From: Geopsychrobacteraceae bacterium
GTDB taxonomy: Bacteria > Desulfobacterota > Desulfuromonadia > Desulfuromonadales > Geopsychrobacteraceae
DNA: 64,000 bases
Reading direction: 5' to 3'
Assembly (NCBI GenBank): GCA_963676795.2
Contig: CAXXTB010000002.1
Coordinates: forward strand, 1,248,001 to 1,312,000
Each line of letters opens with the position of its first letter. Within the stretch, counting starts at the first letter, position 1. Positions 42,552 through 53,713 of this stretch are shown one piece after another. The notes under the pieces are model-generated. The model saw nothing but the letters and a program-made list of their open reading frames with translations, did not search any database and had not been told where the DNA came from. The position numbers were made by a program, and so were the translations under genes.

Positions 42552-44120
42552 ATGACGCTACGTCGCAAAATTTCCTCCGCCACTCTGGTCATGGCACTGG
42601 CAACATTCCTCAGTCGTATCGCGGGGTTGGTGCGTGATATTGTTGTCGCCCGGGTTTTTGGGGCCGGCTTTGTCTCTGATGCTTTTTTTATGGCCTTTAC
42701 CATACCGAACCTGCTACGTCGTTTTTTCGGTGAAGGTTCACTGACCGCAGCTTTTGTTCCGACCTTTTCCGAGATTTATCATGCGGAAGGGGAGGAACGT
42801 TCCCGGCAGTTTTTCCGACGTTGTCTGACCCTGTTGCTGATGACTATGATTCTGGTCGTCATTCTCGGGATTCTCTTCTCCCCCCGGATTGTCCAGGTCA
42901 TTGCCCATGGTTTTGCCCAGGTCGAGGGGAAGGTCGAGCTGACCGATATGTTGAACCGGGTCATGTTTCCTTATATCGGTCTGGTCTCTCTGCTGGCGCT
43001 GTTCACAGGTATACTGAATGTCCGTGGTCATTTTTTTATCCCGTCTTTGTCGCCACTGTTTTTGAATCTGGCCATGATTTTTTCGGCCCTTTGTCTGGGC
43101 AGTTTTTTCGAGCGGCCGGTATTTGCCCTTGCTGTCGGCGTTGTCGTTGGTGGTGTCGTTCAATTGTTGGCGCAGATTCCGTTGTTGCTCAGGTTTGGCT
43201 TCGGGTTGCGCCTCGATTTTGGATTTATGCGTGATGCCGCAGTCAGGAAGGTGGCTTCACTGATGCTGCCCGGTATCGCCGGGGTGGCTATCTATCAGAT
43301 CAATCTTGTCGTGACCCGTCTGCTGGCTTCGTTCCTGCCGCAGGGGAGTGTGTCTTATCTTTATTATGGTCAGCGCCTGTTTGAGTTTCCTCAGGGGATA
43401 TTTGTTGTCTCTCTGGCTCAGGCGGTATTGCCGATGATGAGCCGGCAGATTGCCGAGGGCGATATGAAGGGGATGAACGAATCGCTGCGTTTTGCGCTTG
43501 CGCTGATAAGTGTCTTTACTTTGCCTGCCGTGGTTGGGCTGATTGTCTGTGCCGGTCCGATATATTCCCTGTTCTTTCTCGGCGGTGAGTTTGACGCTGT
43601 CGCCACGCGAAAAACTGCCGAGGCTCTGGTCTGCTACGCACCTGGTTTGATATTTGTCGGTTACAGCCGGATTGCCTCGCAGACTTTTTTTGCGCTTAAG
43701 GATACCAGGACCCCGGTACTTGTCTCTTTCTGGACTCTTGTTGTCAATGTCGTTGCTGGTTATCTCCTCATGTTGTGGCTTGATCACCTTGGCCTCGCCC
43801 TGGGCTTGACGATTGCGTCTTTATTCAATGCGCTGGCTCTGATGCTGTTATTGAGGTCCCGGGTCGATGCTTTTATCAAGCAGGGGATTGTTCTGCCCCT
43901 GTTGAAGGTTGTCGTCCCGGCCATGCTCATGGGGGGCGTTGCGGTGTTGTTCCTGCGGGTGGGCGATCGGATCACTGATGGCTCCAGGATGGTCGATGGG
44001 GCCATCCTGTTGGTCACCGTTGGTCTGTCTGTATGCGTTTATCTGGTGGGCTGTTATTGTTTTCAGGTCAATGAGGTCAGGCAGGGGCTTCAGCTGCTCA
44101 GGCGGCGACGGAAGGTATAG
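42552..44120 (+). CDS. murJ: Lipid II flippase MurJ (MviN)
   Basis: SRIAGLVRD, AFTIPNLLRRFFGEG, RLFEFPQG, DTRTP. Confidence 0.95.
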   Translation: MTLRRKISSATLVMALATFLSRIAGLVRDIVVARVFGAGFVSDAFFMAFTIPNLLRRFFGEGSLTAAFVPTFSEIYHAEGEERSRQFFRRCLTLLLMTMILVVILGILFSPRIVQVIAHGFAQVEGKVELTDMLNRVMFPYIGLVSLLALFTGILNVRGHFFIPSLSPLFLNLAMIFSALCLGSFFERPVFALAVGVVVGGVVQLLAQIPLLLRFGFGLRLDFGFMRDAAVRKVASLMLPGIAGVAIYQINLVVTRLLASFLPQGSVSYLYYGQRLFEFPQGIFVVSLAQAVLPMMSRQIAEGDMKGMNESLRFALALISVFTLPAVVGLIVCAGPIYSLFFLGGEFDAVATRKTAEALVCYAPGLIFVGYSRIASQTFFALKDTRTPVLVSFWTLVVNVVAGYLLMLWLDHLGLALGLTIASLFNALALMLLLRSRVDAFIKQGIVLPLLKVVVPAMLMGGVAVLFLRVGDRITDGSRMVDGAILLVTVGLSVCVYLVGCYCFQVNEVRQGLQLLRRRRKV

Positions 44121-44163
44121 TCGCCGCCTGCCGGCACCCCTGTTATAGCTCTCCACACTGTAT

Positions 44164-44556
44164 TCAGAAGCGGTTGATATGAATCTGACCGCTTCTGATC
44201 CTGTTTTGCAGCCAGTTTCTGATCCTCCCTTTGAGTAGTTGCCTCGTAACAGGCGTCAGCAGGAAAAAACCGAACAGGTCAGTACAAAATCCTGGTGTCA
44301 GCAGGAGCAGTCCCCCAGTGAGAATCATTGCTCCGTCGATCAGTTCTTCCTGGGGCAATCTTCCCTGACTTAATTCATTCTGAATGCGGTTCAGGAGGGC
44401 AAATCCCTGTGATCTGGCCATGGCCGCACCGGCTATTCCGGTCAGGATGATGAGGCCAATTGTTGGCAGTGCCCCGATCTGCTGCCCTGCGCTGATCAGG
44501 ACATAGATTTCAATGACGGGAACCAGGGTGAAAAGAATTATCAGTTTTATAAACAT
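44164..44556 (-). CDS. fxsA: FxsA family membrane protein
   Basis: VPVIEIYVLI; GGLLLLTPGFCTD. Confidence 0.9.
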   Translation of the reverse strand: MFIKLIILFTLVPVIEIYVLISAGQQIGALPTIGLIILTGIAGAAMARSQGFALLNRIQNELSQGRLPQEELIDGAMILTGGLLLLTPGFCTDLFGFFLLTPVTRQLLKGRIRNWLQNRIRSGQIHINRF

Positions 44557-44787
44557 TTATCGTCCTTATGTGAATCATTTAATGGAGTTCTCGCAATGCC
44601 ACGGGGCAGCCCTGAGAGTTGGGTCCAGCAAATTCCTAAGTACCTGTAAAATAATGACTTTATGTTTGTCTAAAAAATAGGCAAGATGCTGGCTGGTCCA
44701 GTATTTGCCGTCGATACCTGGATTTCAACAGGGTTATAAACATCATTTCCACAGCTTGTGTGGATGGTCCGTGAAAGTTATTGTTTT

Positions 44788-45504
44788 TCACAGGTTTTTG
44801 ATCTCTTGCCGGTTCGTGTTGTTGGTATTGTCATGGTTGCGGATATATTCAGTCGTTTTTTTTCTGAGCAGTTCTTCTGCGTCCAGGTTGCAGGCGCTGC
44901 TCAGGCGTACGATATTGAAGATCGTTTCGCTCAGAAATTCGCTTCCGGTTTCCCTGTCGTTTATCTGGTCGACATTGACGGTTGAGATCTGCTCTGCCAG
45001 GCTGGCAAGTAGCTGTGTGGCCGTTTTCTGCCCTTTCTCGATTTTCTGAATGGCTTTGGAGGCGCGTTTCAGGGCGGGCAATTGCCGACTGATGCGTTTT
45101 TCGAGACTCAGTCCGGGGTCTTTGGCGCTTTTTTCTGCCAGCTTGATTCTTTCCCAGCGCTCTTCGTGTCCGGTGCTGCTTGCTGTGCTGAAGACGTGGG
45201 GATGGCGGCGGATCATTTTTTCATTGATGGCATAAATGGCATCGGCGAAATTGAACTGGCCGTTTTCGGCAAAGATCTGTGAAAGAAAGACTGTCTGTAG
45301 CAGAACGTCGCCAATCTCATCACAGATCTGCAGCGGGTCCCCTTCATCTATTGCTTCGAGGAGTTCGTGGGCTTCTTCAAGGATAAAGCTTTTCAGGCTT
45401 TCGGCTGTCTGCTGGCGATCCCAGGGGCATCCTTCCGGGGAGCGCAGGGTCTTCATGATTTCTGTCAATCTGAGAATTTCTGTTGCTGTGTCGTGGCCTG
45501 ACAA
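44788..45504 (-). CDS. mazG: MazG family NTP pyrophosphohydrolase with a degenerate second domain
   Basis: LRSPEGCPWDRQQT, EEAHE, DEIGDVL, KMIRRHPHVF, WERIK. TTG start after AAGGAG. Confidence 0.82.
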   Translation of the reverse strand: MSGHDTATEILRLTEIMKTLRSPEGCPWDRQQTAESLKSFILEEAHELLEAIDEGDPLQICDEIGDVLLQTVFLSQIFAENGQFNFADAIYAINEKMIRRHPHVFSTASSTGHEERWERIKLAEKSAKDPGLSLEKRISRQLPALKRASKAIQKIEKGQKTATQLLASLAEQISTVNVDQINDRETGSEFLSETIFNIVRLSSACNLDAEELLRKKTTEYIRNHDNTNNTNRQEIKNL

Positions 45505-45671
45505 AATCGTCTCCTTGGCTGGATGTCGTTAATGATTCATGGATTTTTTCGTTATATTTGTGCTTAATAGGCAGTCTGAAACACGGAGTATGAAAAAACA
45601 AAAAAAATCTTGCAAAACGTCAATGGATGGGCTAGAAAAGTGCGCCATTCTGTGCTGTTGAGTCTTAGTGC

Positions 45672-45699
45672 TTGACATGGAGTGGCTGCTATCTATACT
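45672..45699 (+). promoter_or_regulatory. Putative sigma-70 promoter of the yceD-rpmF-plsX-fab operon
   Basis: TTGACA-16 nt-TATACT. Confidence 0.65.
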
Positions 45700-45722
45700 G
45701 TCCCTTTCGCCTTGAGGGTAAT

Positions 45723-46268
45723 GTGCGACTTGAGTTGAAAGATATCAAGGGAGGAGTTCTTGAGCAAGAGTACTCTCTCTCTGTAGAGGAATTTCCTGAG
45801 CTTGCTGTTTTGGCAGAGAATGGTGCCGGGAACTATCTGGGCCTGCTTCATTTCACGCTTCGTCTGCAGCGGACCGGTAGGTTGGTAGAAGTTGACGGAC
45901 GGTTGCAGGCGACGGTTCAGCTTGAATGCGGGCGTTGTTTGTGTCGTTATCAGCAAGAGGTAGATGAGAGATTCTCTTTTACCTTTACTCCGGTTCTGGA
46001 GGAGGCTGCGGCCGATCAGGACGAGGTTGAGCTTGAAACTGACGAACTCGGACTGGTGCTTTATCAGGACGAAACTCTCGAACTTGGGCCCTGCCTGCAG
46101 GAGCAGGCCGTTATGGCATTGCCGGTTGCTCATGTGTGCAGTTCAGGTTGCAGGGGGCTTTGTCCGGAGTGTGGTGTCAATCTGAACGAAGGTTCCTGTG
46201 ATTGCAGCCCTAAGCCGTTTAATAACAAGTTTGGTGCTTTGGCTGGCTTGTTAAGTAATAAGTCGTAG
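45723..46268 (+). CDS. yceD: DUF177 / YceD family protein
   Basis: CGRCL, CSSGCRGLCPECGVNLN..C.C; lies upstream of rpmF. Confidence 0.9.
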   Translation: MRLELKDIKGGVLEQEYSLSVEEFPELAVLAENGAGNYLGLLHFTLRLQRTGRLVEVDGRLQATVQLECGRCLCRYQQEVDERFSFTFTPVLEEAAADQDEVELETDELGLVLYQDETLELGPCLQEQAVMALPVAHVCSSGCRGLCPECGVNLNEGSCDCSPKPFNNKFGALAGLLSNKS

Positions 46269-46357
46269 TCGTAGTTAAGAAAATATTGATCACGAAACAG
46301 TGAATTGTATAGATTGTCGCAGTCTGTATGTGGCAATTCGTAACCGAGGAGATAATC

Positions 46358-46537
46358 ATGGCTGTACCAAAGAAAAAGACTTCCAAATCGAAAAAGAACA
46401 TGCGTCGTGCACACGACTTTCTGACTGCTCCGGGAATTTCAACCTGTCCTCAGTGTCAGGAGCCTAAGCAGCCACATCGTGTCTGTGAAAATTGTGGTAC
46501 ATACAAGGGTAAAGAAATTATCAGTAGCGAAGCCTGA
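46358..46537 (+). CDS. rpmF: 50S ribosomal protein L32
   Basis: [28 protein letters not shown]. Confidence 0.97.
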   Translation: MAVPKKKTSKSKKNMRRAHDFLTAPGISTCPQCQEPKQPHRVCENCGTYKGKEIISSEA

Positions 46538-46562
46538 TCTGACCTGTCCCGATTGATCTGAT

Positions 46563-47549
46563 ATGTCTATAAAAATCGCAGTTGATGCCATGGGTGGCGA
46601 CAATATGCCGATGGCAGAAGTCGCTGGTGCGGTTGCCGCGTGTCGCGACTGGGGTTGTCATGTCATCCTGGTAGGGGATACCGATAGGATCAATGCCGAG
46701 CTGGTGAAGTATGATACGGCGGGCCTGAACCTTGAGATTCATCATGCCAGCGAAGTTGTTGGTATGCATGATGCTGCATCTGACGCCGTTCGTAAAAAGC
46801 GTGACTCCTCAATCCGGGTTGCCTTTGATCTGGTTAAGCAGGGTGTTGCAGCTGCGGTTGTCAGCGCGGGTAACTCTGGAGCGACCATGGCTGCCGGGGT
46901 AGCCGTGCTGGGCCGGGTCAAGGGCGTTGAGCGTCCTGCAATCGGGACTCTGTTGCCGAATGTTGCCGATCAGACAATGGTCCTCGATATGGGGGCCAAT
47001 GTCGACTGCAAACCCTCTCAGCTCTATCAGTTTGGCGTTATGGGAAGTATTTACGTCGAACATCTGGTTGGCAAGAAAAACCCTCGCGTCGGTCTGCTGT
47101 CGAACGGCGAAGAAGAGAAGAAGGGGAATGAACTGACCCGTGAAACTCACCTTCTGTTTAAGCAGTCCAGGCTGAACTATCTTGGCTACGTTGAGGGTGG
47201 TGATGTTTTTAACGGCAGGGTCGATGTTGTTGTCTGTGACGGCTTTGTAGGCAATGTTCTGCTCAAGGTTTCTGAAGGTTTGGCTATGGCCGTTTCTACG
47301 CTGCTCAAGCGTGAAATTGAAAGTCGGTTCTTGGCTAAGCTCGGCTATCTGCTGAGCCGTCCTGCTTTTAATGCCTTCAAGAAAAAGATTAATCCAGCCG
47401 ATTATGGTGGGGCTCTGCTGCTTGGGATTGCTGGAACTGGGATTGTCTGTCATGGAAGTTCCGATCCGAAAGCTATCAGTATTGCAATTCGCCAGGCTGG
47501 TGAGTATGCCAAGGTGCGGATTGAGGAAAAATTAGCAGCGCTGCTTTAA
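46563..47549 (+). CDS. plsX: Phosphate acyltransferase PlsX
   Basis: [35 protein letters not shown]. Confidence 0.95.
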   Translation: MSIKIAVDAMGGDNMPMAEVAGAVAACRDWGCHVILVGDTDRINAELVKYDTAGLNLEIHHASEVVGMHDAASDAVRKKRDSSIRVAFDLVKQGVAAAVVSAGNSGATMAAGVAVLGRVKGVERPAIGTLLPNVADQTMVLDMGANVDCKPSQLYQFGVMGSIYVEHLVGKKNPRVGLLSNGEEEKKGNELTRETHLLFKQSRLNYLGYVEGGDVFNGRVDVVVCDGFVGNVLLKVSEGLAMAVSTLLKREIESRFLAKLGYLLSRPAFNAFKKKINPADYGGALLLGIAGTGIVCHGSSDPKAISIAIRQAGEYAKVRIEEKLAALL

Positions 47550-47584
47550 GTCGGCTTTTAACGATTCGAAATATGGGAGATCGG

Positions 47585-48562
47585 ATGAAAGCACGTATTA
47601 TCGGTACGGGGTCATATTTGCCGGAACGGATTCTGACAAATCGTGATCTTGAAAAGATGGTCGACACAAATGATGAATGGATCGTCTCGCGTACCGGTAT
47701 CAGGGAACGGCGCATTGCTGCAGATCACGAGTGTACCTCGGATCTGGCCACAGCTGCGGCAAAACGCGCCCTGGATATGGCTGGTATCGATGCTGCCGAG
47801 ATCGACCTGATCGTTCTCGGGACGGTGACCGGCGATTATCCCTGGCCGGCGACTGCCTGTATTGTTCAGAACAACCTCGGTGCGGCCAATGCTTATGCCT
47901 ACGACCTGTCCGCTGCCTGCAGCGGCTTCCTTTACGCTCTCGCTTCAGCCAATGACTATATATTAAGCGGCCGTGGTAGGCGGGCACTGGTTATCGGTGC
48001 TGAGACCTTCAGTCGTATCGTCGACTGGACCGACCGGAATACCTGCGTTCTGTTTGGCGACGGGGCTGGTGCTGTTGTTCTGGAAGCTCAGGAGAGTGAA
48101 TCCGGTGTGTTGTCATGTCATATGCATTCCGATGGCAGTTACCTGAATCTTCTCTGTCAGCCAGGTTTCGGAACCAAGCACGTTCCGTCTGTTGCCGGTC
48201 TTGAAGAGCGTCTTCCTTACGTAAAAATGCAGGGTAATGAAGTTTTCAAAGTTGCGGTACGATCGTTGACGGATGTTTCGTTGGAGGCTTTGGCTGCGAA
48301 TCAGGTCACTGCGGCAGAGGTGAGTCAGTTTATTCCTCACCAGGCGAATCTCAGAATTCTTGAGGCAACGACACGACGTATCGGTCTGACTGAAGATCAG
48401 TGTTTCATCAATGTCGATAAGTATGGTAATACCTCTGGAGCGACAATACCCATCGCTCTGGATGAAGCGGTGCGAGGTGGCTTGATTGCACAGGGCGATC
48501 TGATTCTGACGGCTGCCTTCGGTGGTGGATTCACCTGGGGCTCGGCTCTGATTCGCTGGTAA
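47585..48562 (+). CDS. fabH: 3-oxoacyl-ACP synthase III
   Basis: RTGIRERR, AACSGF, LFGDGAGA, PHQAN, GNTS. Confidence 0.95.
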   Translation: MKARIIGTGSYLPERILTNRDLEKMVDTNDEWIVSRTGIRERRIAADHECTSDLATAAAKRALDMAGIDAAEIDLIVLGTVTGDYPWPATACIVQNNLGAANAYAYDLSAACSGFLYALASANDYILSGRGRRALVIGAETFSRIVDWTDRNTCVLFGDGAGAVVLEAQESESGVLSCHMHSDGSYLNLLCQPGFGTKHVPSVAGLEERLPYVKMQGNEVFKVAVRSLTDVSLEALAANQVTAAEVSQFIPHQANLRILEATTRRIGLTEDQCFINVDKYGNTSGATIPIALDEAVRGGLIAQGDLILTAAFGGGFTWGSALIRW

Positions 48563-48592
48563 TAGTACTTATTTCCATACAGGATTGAAATT

Positions 48593-49513
48593 ATGATTGC
48601 ATTTGTATTTCCGGGACAGGGATCTCAATATTCCGGCATGGGCAAGGATCTTGCCGATCAATTTCCTGTAGCAAAGCAGGTTTTTGAAGAGGCGAACGAT
48701 GCGCTTGGTTTTGACCTGGCCCGGATGTGTTTCAGTGGTTCAGACGAGGATCTCAAGCTGACAGCGAATACCCAGCCGGCTATTCTGGCGACAAGCGTCG
48801 CTGCGCTGCGGGTCATGCAGCAGGAGACGGGTCTTGTCGCGAATTACGTCGCCGGTCATTCACTGGGGGAATATTCTGCGTTGGTAGCTGCTGGTGCCTT
48901 GACCTTGGCCGATGCGGTTAAGACAGTGCGTCAGCGTGGAACTTTCATGCAGGAGGCGGTGCCGGTTGGTGTCGGCGCCATGGCTGCCGTGATGGGGGTT
49001 GAGACCGATCTGCTGGTCAAAATCTGTCAGGATGCTGCCCAGGGTGAGGTTGTGGCTCCGGCAAATTTCAACAGTGCAGGTCAGATCGTTATTGCCGGTC
49101 ATGCCGCTGCTGTTGAGAGAGCTCTTGAACTGGTAAAAGAGCAGGGTGCCAAGCGTGCGCTGCTGTTACCTGTCAGCGCTCCTTTTCACAGCAGCTTGAT
49201 GAAGCCTGCTGCGCTCCGCCTTGAAACAGCTCTGCAAAGTGTAGCGGTGGCTGAGCTGGCCTGCCCGGTGGTCAGTAACGTTGAAGCGAAGCCGTATCAG
49301 GCTGCCGAGCGTGTCAAACCACTGCTGGTTGAGCAGGTCTGCGCTCCGGTTCAATGGATCCAGTCGGTAGAAGAAATGAACTCGCTGGGGGTCACTGAGT
49401 ATATCGAAATCGGTCCGGGCAAGGTACTTTGCGGGTTGATTAAACGGATTGCGCGTGACGCAATACTGAAAAATATGGAATCGGTCGACAGCCTGGCAAA
49501 ATTGACGGCCTGA
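48593..49513 (+). CDS. fabD: Malonyl-CoA:ACP transacylase
   Basis: FPGQGSQ, GHSLGEY, VSAPFHS, EIGPG. Confidence 0.96.
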   Translation: MIAFVFPGQGSQYSGMGKDLADQFPVAKQVFEEANDALGFDLARMCFSGSDEDLKLTANTQPAILATSVAALRVMQQETGLVANYVAGHSLGEYSALVAAGALTLADAVKTVRQRGTFMQEAVPVGVGAMAAVMGVETDLLVKICQDAAQGEVVAPANFNSAGQIVIAGHAAAVERALELVKEQGAKRALLLPVSAPFHSSLMKPAALRLETALQSVAVAELACPVVSNVEAKPYQAAERVKPLLVEQVCAPVQWIQSVEEMNSLGVTEYIEIGPGKVLCGLIKRIARDAILKNMESVDSLAKLTA

Positions 49514-49555
49514 TCGATCTTCCAATAATTATTTGTTCTTTACTGGAGATAACTG

Positions 49556-50296
49556 ATGATGGTTCAGGATAAAGTTGCCGTTATTACAGGCGCTTCACGC
49601 GGTATCGGCCGTGGCATCGCCCTGACTCTGGCTGCACAGGGAGCAAAAGTCGTAGCTGTCGGTACCAATCTTGACGCGACAGAGTCTGTTGTCGCCGAGA
49701 TCAAAGCTGCCGGAGGAGAAGCGATTCCCGTTCAGGCAAACGTGACCTTGTCTGAGGATGTTGATAAGATCTTCACTGCGGCTAAGGATGCTTTTGGTCG
49801 TGTTGACATCCTGGTCAACAATGCCGGTATCACCTGCGATGGGCTGTTGCTGCGTATGAAGGATGCTGATTGGGATTCGGTGCTGGACGTTAACCTCAAG
49901 GGTGCTTTTCTCTGTACTCGCGCTGTGTCCAAATTGATGACCCGGCAGCGTTCCGGCCGGATTATCAATATCTCTTCTGTCGTCGGCCAGATGGGTAACC
50001 CCGGCCAGGCAAACTACTGTGCTAGCAAGGCGGGGCTGATTGGTCTGACCATGTCGAATGCACGCGAACTGGCCAAGCGTAATATTACCGTGAACGCTGT
50101 TGCTCCTGGCTTTATTGCTACTGACATGACGGATGCTCTGTCGGAAGATAAGCGTCAGGAGTTGGCTCAACAGATTCCTTTGGAAAGGCTCGGTTCAGTT
50201 GCCGATATCGCCAACGCCGTGCTTTTCTTCGCCTCTGATCAGGCCGGTTATGTCACCGGGCAGGTCCTGGGCGTCAACGGCGGAATGTACATGTAA
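49556..50296 (+). CDS. fabG: 3-oxoacyl-ACP reductase
   Basis: TGASRGIG, NNAG, YCASK, VNGGMYM; position in the fab operon. Confidence 0.95.
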   Translation: MMVQDKVAVITGASRGIGRGIALTLAAQGAKVVAVGTNLDATESVVAEIKAAGGEAIPVQANVTLSEDVDKIFTAAKDAFGRVDILVNNAGITCDGLLLRMKDADWDSVLDVNLKGAFLCTRAVSKLMTRQRSGRIINISSVVGQMGNPGQANYCASKAGLIGLTMSNARELAKRNITVNAVAPGFIATDMTDALSEDKRQELAQQIPLERLGSVADIANAVLFFASDQAGYVTGQVLGVNGGMYM

Positions 50297-50358
50297 CTTA
50301 AAAAAAACAAAAACTGAATGCGGCATATTGCCCGGATAACCACACGAGGAGGAATTAA

Positions 50359-50592
50359 ATGGCTTCTATTGATGAAAGAGTAAAGCAGATCGTTGCAGAG
50401 CAGCTGGGTGTTGACGAGGATCAGGTCACCGAAGACGCTTCTTTTATGGATGATCTTGGTGCTGACTCTCTGGATACCGTTGAACTGGTTATGGCTCTTG
50501 AGGAAGAGTTCGACATCGAAATTTCCGATGAAGACGCTGAAAAGATCCAGACCGTTAAAGACGCTATTGATTACATCGGCAAGCTTTCTTAA
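50359..50592 (+). CDS. acpP: Acyl carrier protein
   Basis: [20 protein letters not shown]. Confidence 0.97.
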   Translation: MASIDERVKQIVAEQLGVDEDQVTEDASFMDDLGADSLDTVELVMALEEEFDIEISDEDAEKIQTVKDAIDYIGKLS

Positions 50593-50597
50593 TACGG

Positions 50598-50629
50598 TAA
50601 CGGTGGTACTCTCAGGAGTACCACCGTTA
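50598..50629 (+). promoter_or_regulatory. Strong stem-loop between acpP and fabF (mRNA stabilisation or partial termination)
   Basis: 14-bp perfect stem TAACGGTGGTACTC-tcag-GAGTACCACCGTTA. Confidence 0.55.
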
Positions 50630-50693
50630 ACTTGTTGATTTAAAGTACATCGCCGCAAAAATCGTTAATTCAATCGTCGAAGAGAGATTGTCT

Positions 50694-51926
50694 ATGCGCA
50701 GAGTTGTCGTTACCGGCCTTGGTGTTGTCTCCCCTCTGGGAGTCGGTGTTGAAAATAACTGGCAGGCATTAACCAGCGGAAAGTCGGGCATCGATAAAAT
50801 CAGTCGCTTTGATGCGTCGGAATTACCGACCCAGATTGCCGCTGAAGTCAAAGATTTTAATGCTGAGGACTTTATTGAGAAGAAAGAGATCAAAAAGATG
50901 GATCTCTTCATCCAGTATGGTGTTGCAGCAGCAGAAATGGCCTACCAGGATTCCGGGCTGCAGATTACCGAAGAGAATGCGGAGCGGGTCGGCGTTGCCG
51001 TCGGCTCCGGTCTCGGTGGGCTGCCGGCTATCGAGGAGTATCACAAGGTGATGCTCGATCGCGGTTATAAACGGGTTTCGCCATTCTTCATCCCGATGGT
51101 CATTATCAACCTGGTGCCAGGACAGATTTCCATGCGTTTTGGTGCAAAAGGGCCGAATGTCTCTACTGTAACCGCCTGTGCTTCGGGAACTCACTCGATC
51201 GGCGACGCCTATCATATGGTTGCGCGGGGCGATGCGGACGTCATGTTTGCCGGTGGCGCTGAATCGACCATTACTCCGCTTGGAATCGCTGGCTTCAATG
51301 TCATGAAGGCCTTGTCGACCCGTAATGACGATCCGCAGGCATCGAGCCGTCCTTTCGAGAAAAACCGTGACGGTTTTATCATGGCCGAAGGCTCTGGCGT
51401 GCTGATTCTCGAAGAATACGAGCATGCGGTCAAGCGTGGCGCAAAAATCTACTGTGAACTTGCCGGCTATGGCCTGTCCAGTGATGCTCATCACCTGACT
51501 CAGCCTGCTCCGGGCGGCGAGGGCGCTTCCCGCTGCATCAAGATGGCTCTCAAGAATGCCGCCATGAACCCTGAAGACGTCGGCTATATCAACGCTCATG
51601 GTACCTCGACATATTTCAACGACATGTATGAAACCATGGCAATCAAGACTGTTTTCGGAGACCACGCCTACAAATTGATGGTCAGTTCGACCAAGAGTAT
51701 GACTGGTCATGCCCTTGGCGCTGCTGGTGGGCTTGAGGCGGTCTTCTCTGCCTTGGCGATTGACCGTGGGGTTATCCCGCCGACGATCAATTACGAGGAG
51801 CCCGATCCTGAATGTGATCTTGACTATGTCCCGAATGCCGCGCGTGAAGCCAAGGTTGATGTCGTCATGTCAAACTCCTTCGGTTTCGGTGGCACCAACG
51901 CGTCGCTGGTTTTCAAGAGAGTCTAA
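50694..51926 (+). CDS. fabF: 3-oxoacyl-ACP synthase II
   Basis: [37 protein letters not shown]. Confidence 0.96.
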   Translation: MRRVVVTGLGVVSPLGVGVENNWQALTSGKSGIDKISRFDASELPTQIAAEVKDFNAEDFIEKKEIKKMDLFIQYGVAAAEMAYQDSGLQITEENAERVGVAVGSGLGGLPAIEEYHKVMLDRGYKRVSPFFIPMVIINLVPGQISMRFGAKGPNVSTVTACASGTHSIGDAYHMVARGDADVMFAGGAESTITPLGIAGFNVMKALSTRNDDPQASSRPFEKNRDGFIMAEGSGVLILEEYEHAVKRGAKIYCELAGYGLSSDAHHLTQPAPGGEGASRCIKMALKNAAMNPEDVGYINAHGTSTYFNDMYETMAIKTVFGDHAYKLMVSSTKSMTGHALGAAGGLEAVFSALAIDRGVIPPTINYEEPDPECDLDYVPNAAREAKVDVVMSNSFGFGGTNASLVFKRV

Positions 51927-51936
51927 GAGGTTGGGT

Positions 51937-52380
51937 ATGATAGCAGTTGCCAGTGATCACGGTGGTCTGGAATTGAAAAACGCAGTTGTTGAGCTGCTAC
52001 GTCTGCGTGGCGTCGAATGTGCCGATTATGGGACTGAGGATGCGACTTCGGTTGATTATCCCGATTTTGCTCTCAAGGTTGCCAAGGACGTTTCTGCCGG
52101 TCAGATTGAGCAGGGGATTCTGATTTGTGGAACCGGTATCGGCATGTCGATTGCGGCCAATAAGTTTCCGCATGTCCGCGCTGCACTGGTTCACGACGAA
52201 TTTACCGCGCAGATGGCCCGTGAGCACAACAATGCCAATATCCTGGTCATGGGGGGGCGAATCCTCTCTGTTGAACAGGGGAAAAAGCTGGTCGAAGTCT
52301 GGCTCGATAGCAGTTTTGCGGGCGGTCGCCATCAGAACCGCCTGGACAAGATCGAGCTGATCGAAAAATCACTCGCTTAA
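51937..52380 (+). CDS. rpiB: Ribose-5-phosphate isomerase B
   Basis: ASDHGG, DYPD, CGTGIGMSIAANK, HNNAN, GGRH. Confidence 0.95.
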   Translation: MIAVASDHGGLELKNAVVELLRLRGVECADYGTEDATSVDYPDFALKVAKDVSAGQIEQGILICGTGIGMSIAANKFPHVRAALVHDEFTAQMAREHNNANILVMGGRILSVEQGKKLVEVWLDSSFAGGRHQNRLDKIELIEKSLA

Positions 52381-52454
52381 ACAGGTTAAACGGACGGGGC
52401 GAAGCAGCCCCGTTTTTCATATGACTGGTTAGTCGCAAGTCACAGGAGGACCCC

Positions 52455-53708
52455 ATGGCAGAAAGTTATCTTACTTCTTTTGATCCTGAACTGGCTCAGG
52501 TTATCGTTAAAGAGACCGAGCGGCAGGAATATAATCTCGAATTTATCGCTTCTGAGAACTTTGTCAGTGAGGCCGTGCTTGAAGCGCAGGGTTCTGTCCT
52601 GACAAACAAATACGCAGAAGGCTATCCGTCAAAACGCTACTACGGTGGTTGCGAGTTTGTTGACATTGCCGAGGATCTGGCGATCAGCAGGGCCAAGGAA
52701 CTGTTCGGTGCCGAGCATGTCAATGTTCAGCCACACTCCGGTTCTCAGGCCAATATGGCTGTCTATATGGCGGTCTGCAACCCTGGAGATACCGTACTGG
52801 GGATGAACCTGGCGCATGGTGGTCACCTGACCCATGGCTCCCCGGTTAATTTCTCCGGCAAGCTGTACAATATTGTTCCCTATGGCCTCGATCCGGAAAC
52901 CCAGCGCATTGACTATGCCGAGGTCGAGCGTCTGGCTCGGGAGCACAAGCCGAAGATGATCGTCGTCGGTGCCAGCGCCTATCCGCGTGAAATCGATTTT
53001 GCGGCTTTCCGTAGAATTGCCGACTCTGTGGGTGCGGTTGTCATGGTCGATATGGCTCACATTGCCGGACTTGTCGCTGCAGGTGTGCATCCTAACCCGG
53101 TTCCTTATGCCGAGTTTGTCACCACTACAACCCATAAGACCTTGCGTGGGCCACGTGGTGGTATGATCATGTGTACCGAGGAGTGGGGCAAGAAGCTCAA
53201 CAGCAATATCTTCCCGGGCATTCAGGGTGGACCGCTGATGCATGTTATCGCCGCTAAAGCGGTCGCATTTAAAGAGGCCTTGAGCCCTGAGTTCAAGACC
53301 TATGCCGAGCAGGTTGTCAAGAATGCCCAGGCTCTGGCCAAAGGGCTGGTCGACAGGGGCTATAAGCTGGTTTCCGGTGGGACTGACAATCACCTGATGC
53401 TGCTTGACTTTACCGGTACTGAGATCACTGGTAAGGACGCCGAAAAGGCTCTTGAGGATGCTGGAATCACCGTCAACAAGAACGCTGTTCCTTTCGATAC
53501 CCGTTCCCCTTTTGTCACCAGTGGTATCCGTATCGGTACACCGGCGACCACCAGTCGTGGCTTGAAAGAAGCCGAAATGCTCCAGGTCGCCGGCTGGATC
53601 GACCGTGCTCTGAAAAATATCGGCAACGACGCAGAGCTTGCTCAAATCCGTGCTGAAGTCAAGGAACTGTGCAAGAAGTTCCCGCTTTATGCCCATCGCC
53701 TGAAGTAA
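52455..53708 (+). CDS. glyA: Serine hydroxymethyltransferase
   Basis: [27 protein letters not shown]. Confidence 0.97.
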   Translation: MAESYLTSFDPELAQVIVKETERQEYNLEFIASENFVSEAVLEAQGSVLTNKYAEGYPSKRYYGGCEFVDIAEDLAISRAKELFGAEHVNVQPHSGSQANMAVYMAVCNPGDTVLGMNLAHGGHLTHGSPVNFSGKLYNIVPYGLDPETQRIDYAEVERLAREHKPKMIVVGASAYPREIDFAAFRRIADSVGAVVMVDMAHIAGLVAAGVHPNPVPYAEFVTTTTHKTLRGPRGGMIMCTEEWGKKLNSNIFPGIQGGPLMHVIAAKAVAFKEALSPEFKTYAEQVVKNAQALAKGLVDRGYKLVSGGTDNHLMLLDFTGTEITGKDAEKALEDAGITVNKNAVPFDTRSPFVTSGIRIGTPATTSRGLKEAEMLQVAGWIDRALKNIGNDAELAQIRAEVKELCKKFPLYAHRLK

Positions 53709-53713
53709 TACAG

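Noticed and set aside
44745..44768. DnaA-box-like TTTCCACA / TGTGGAT pair
   Set aside because: Only two imperfect matches and no origin context.
52381..52454. Possible ZTP or glycine riboswitch before glyA
   Set aside because: Only 74 nt, containing a simple hairpin and no aptamer consensus.
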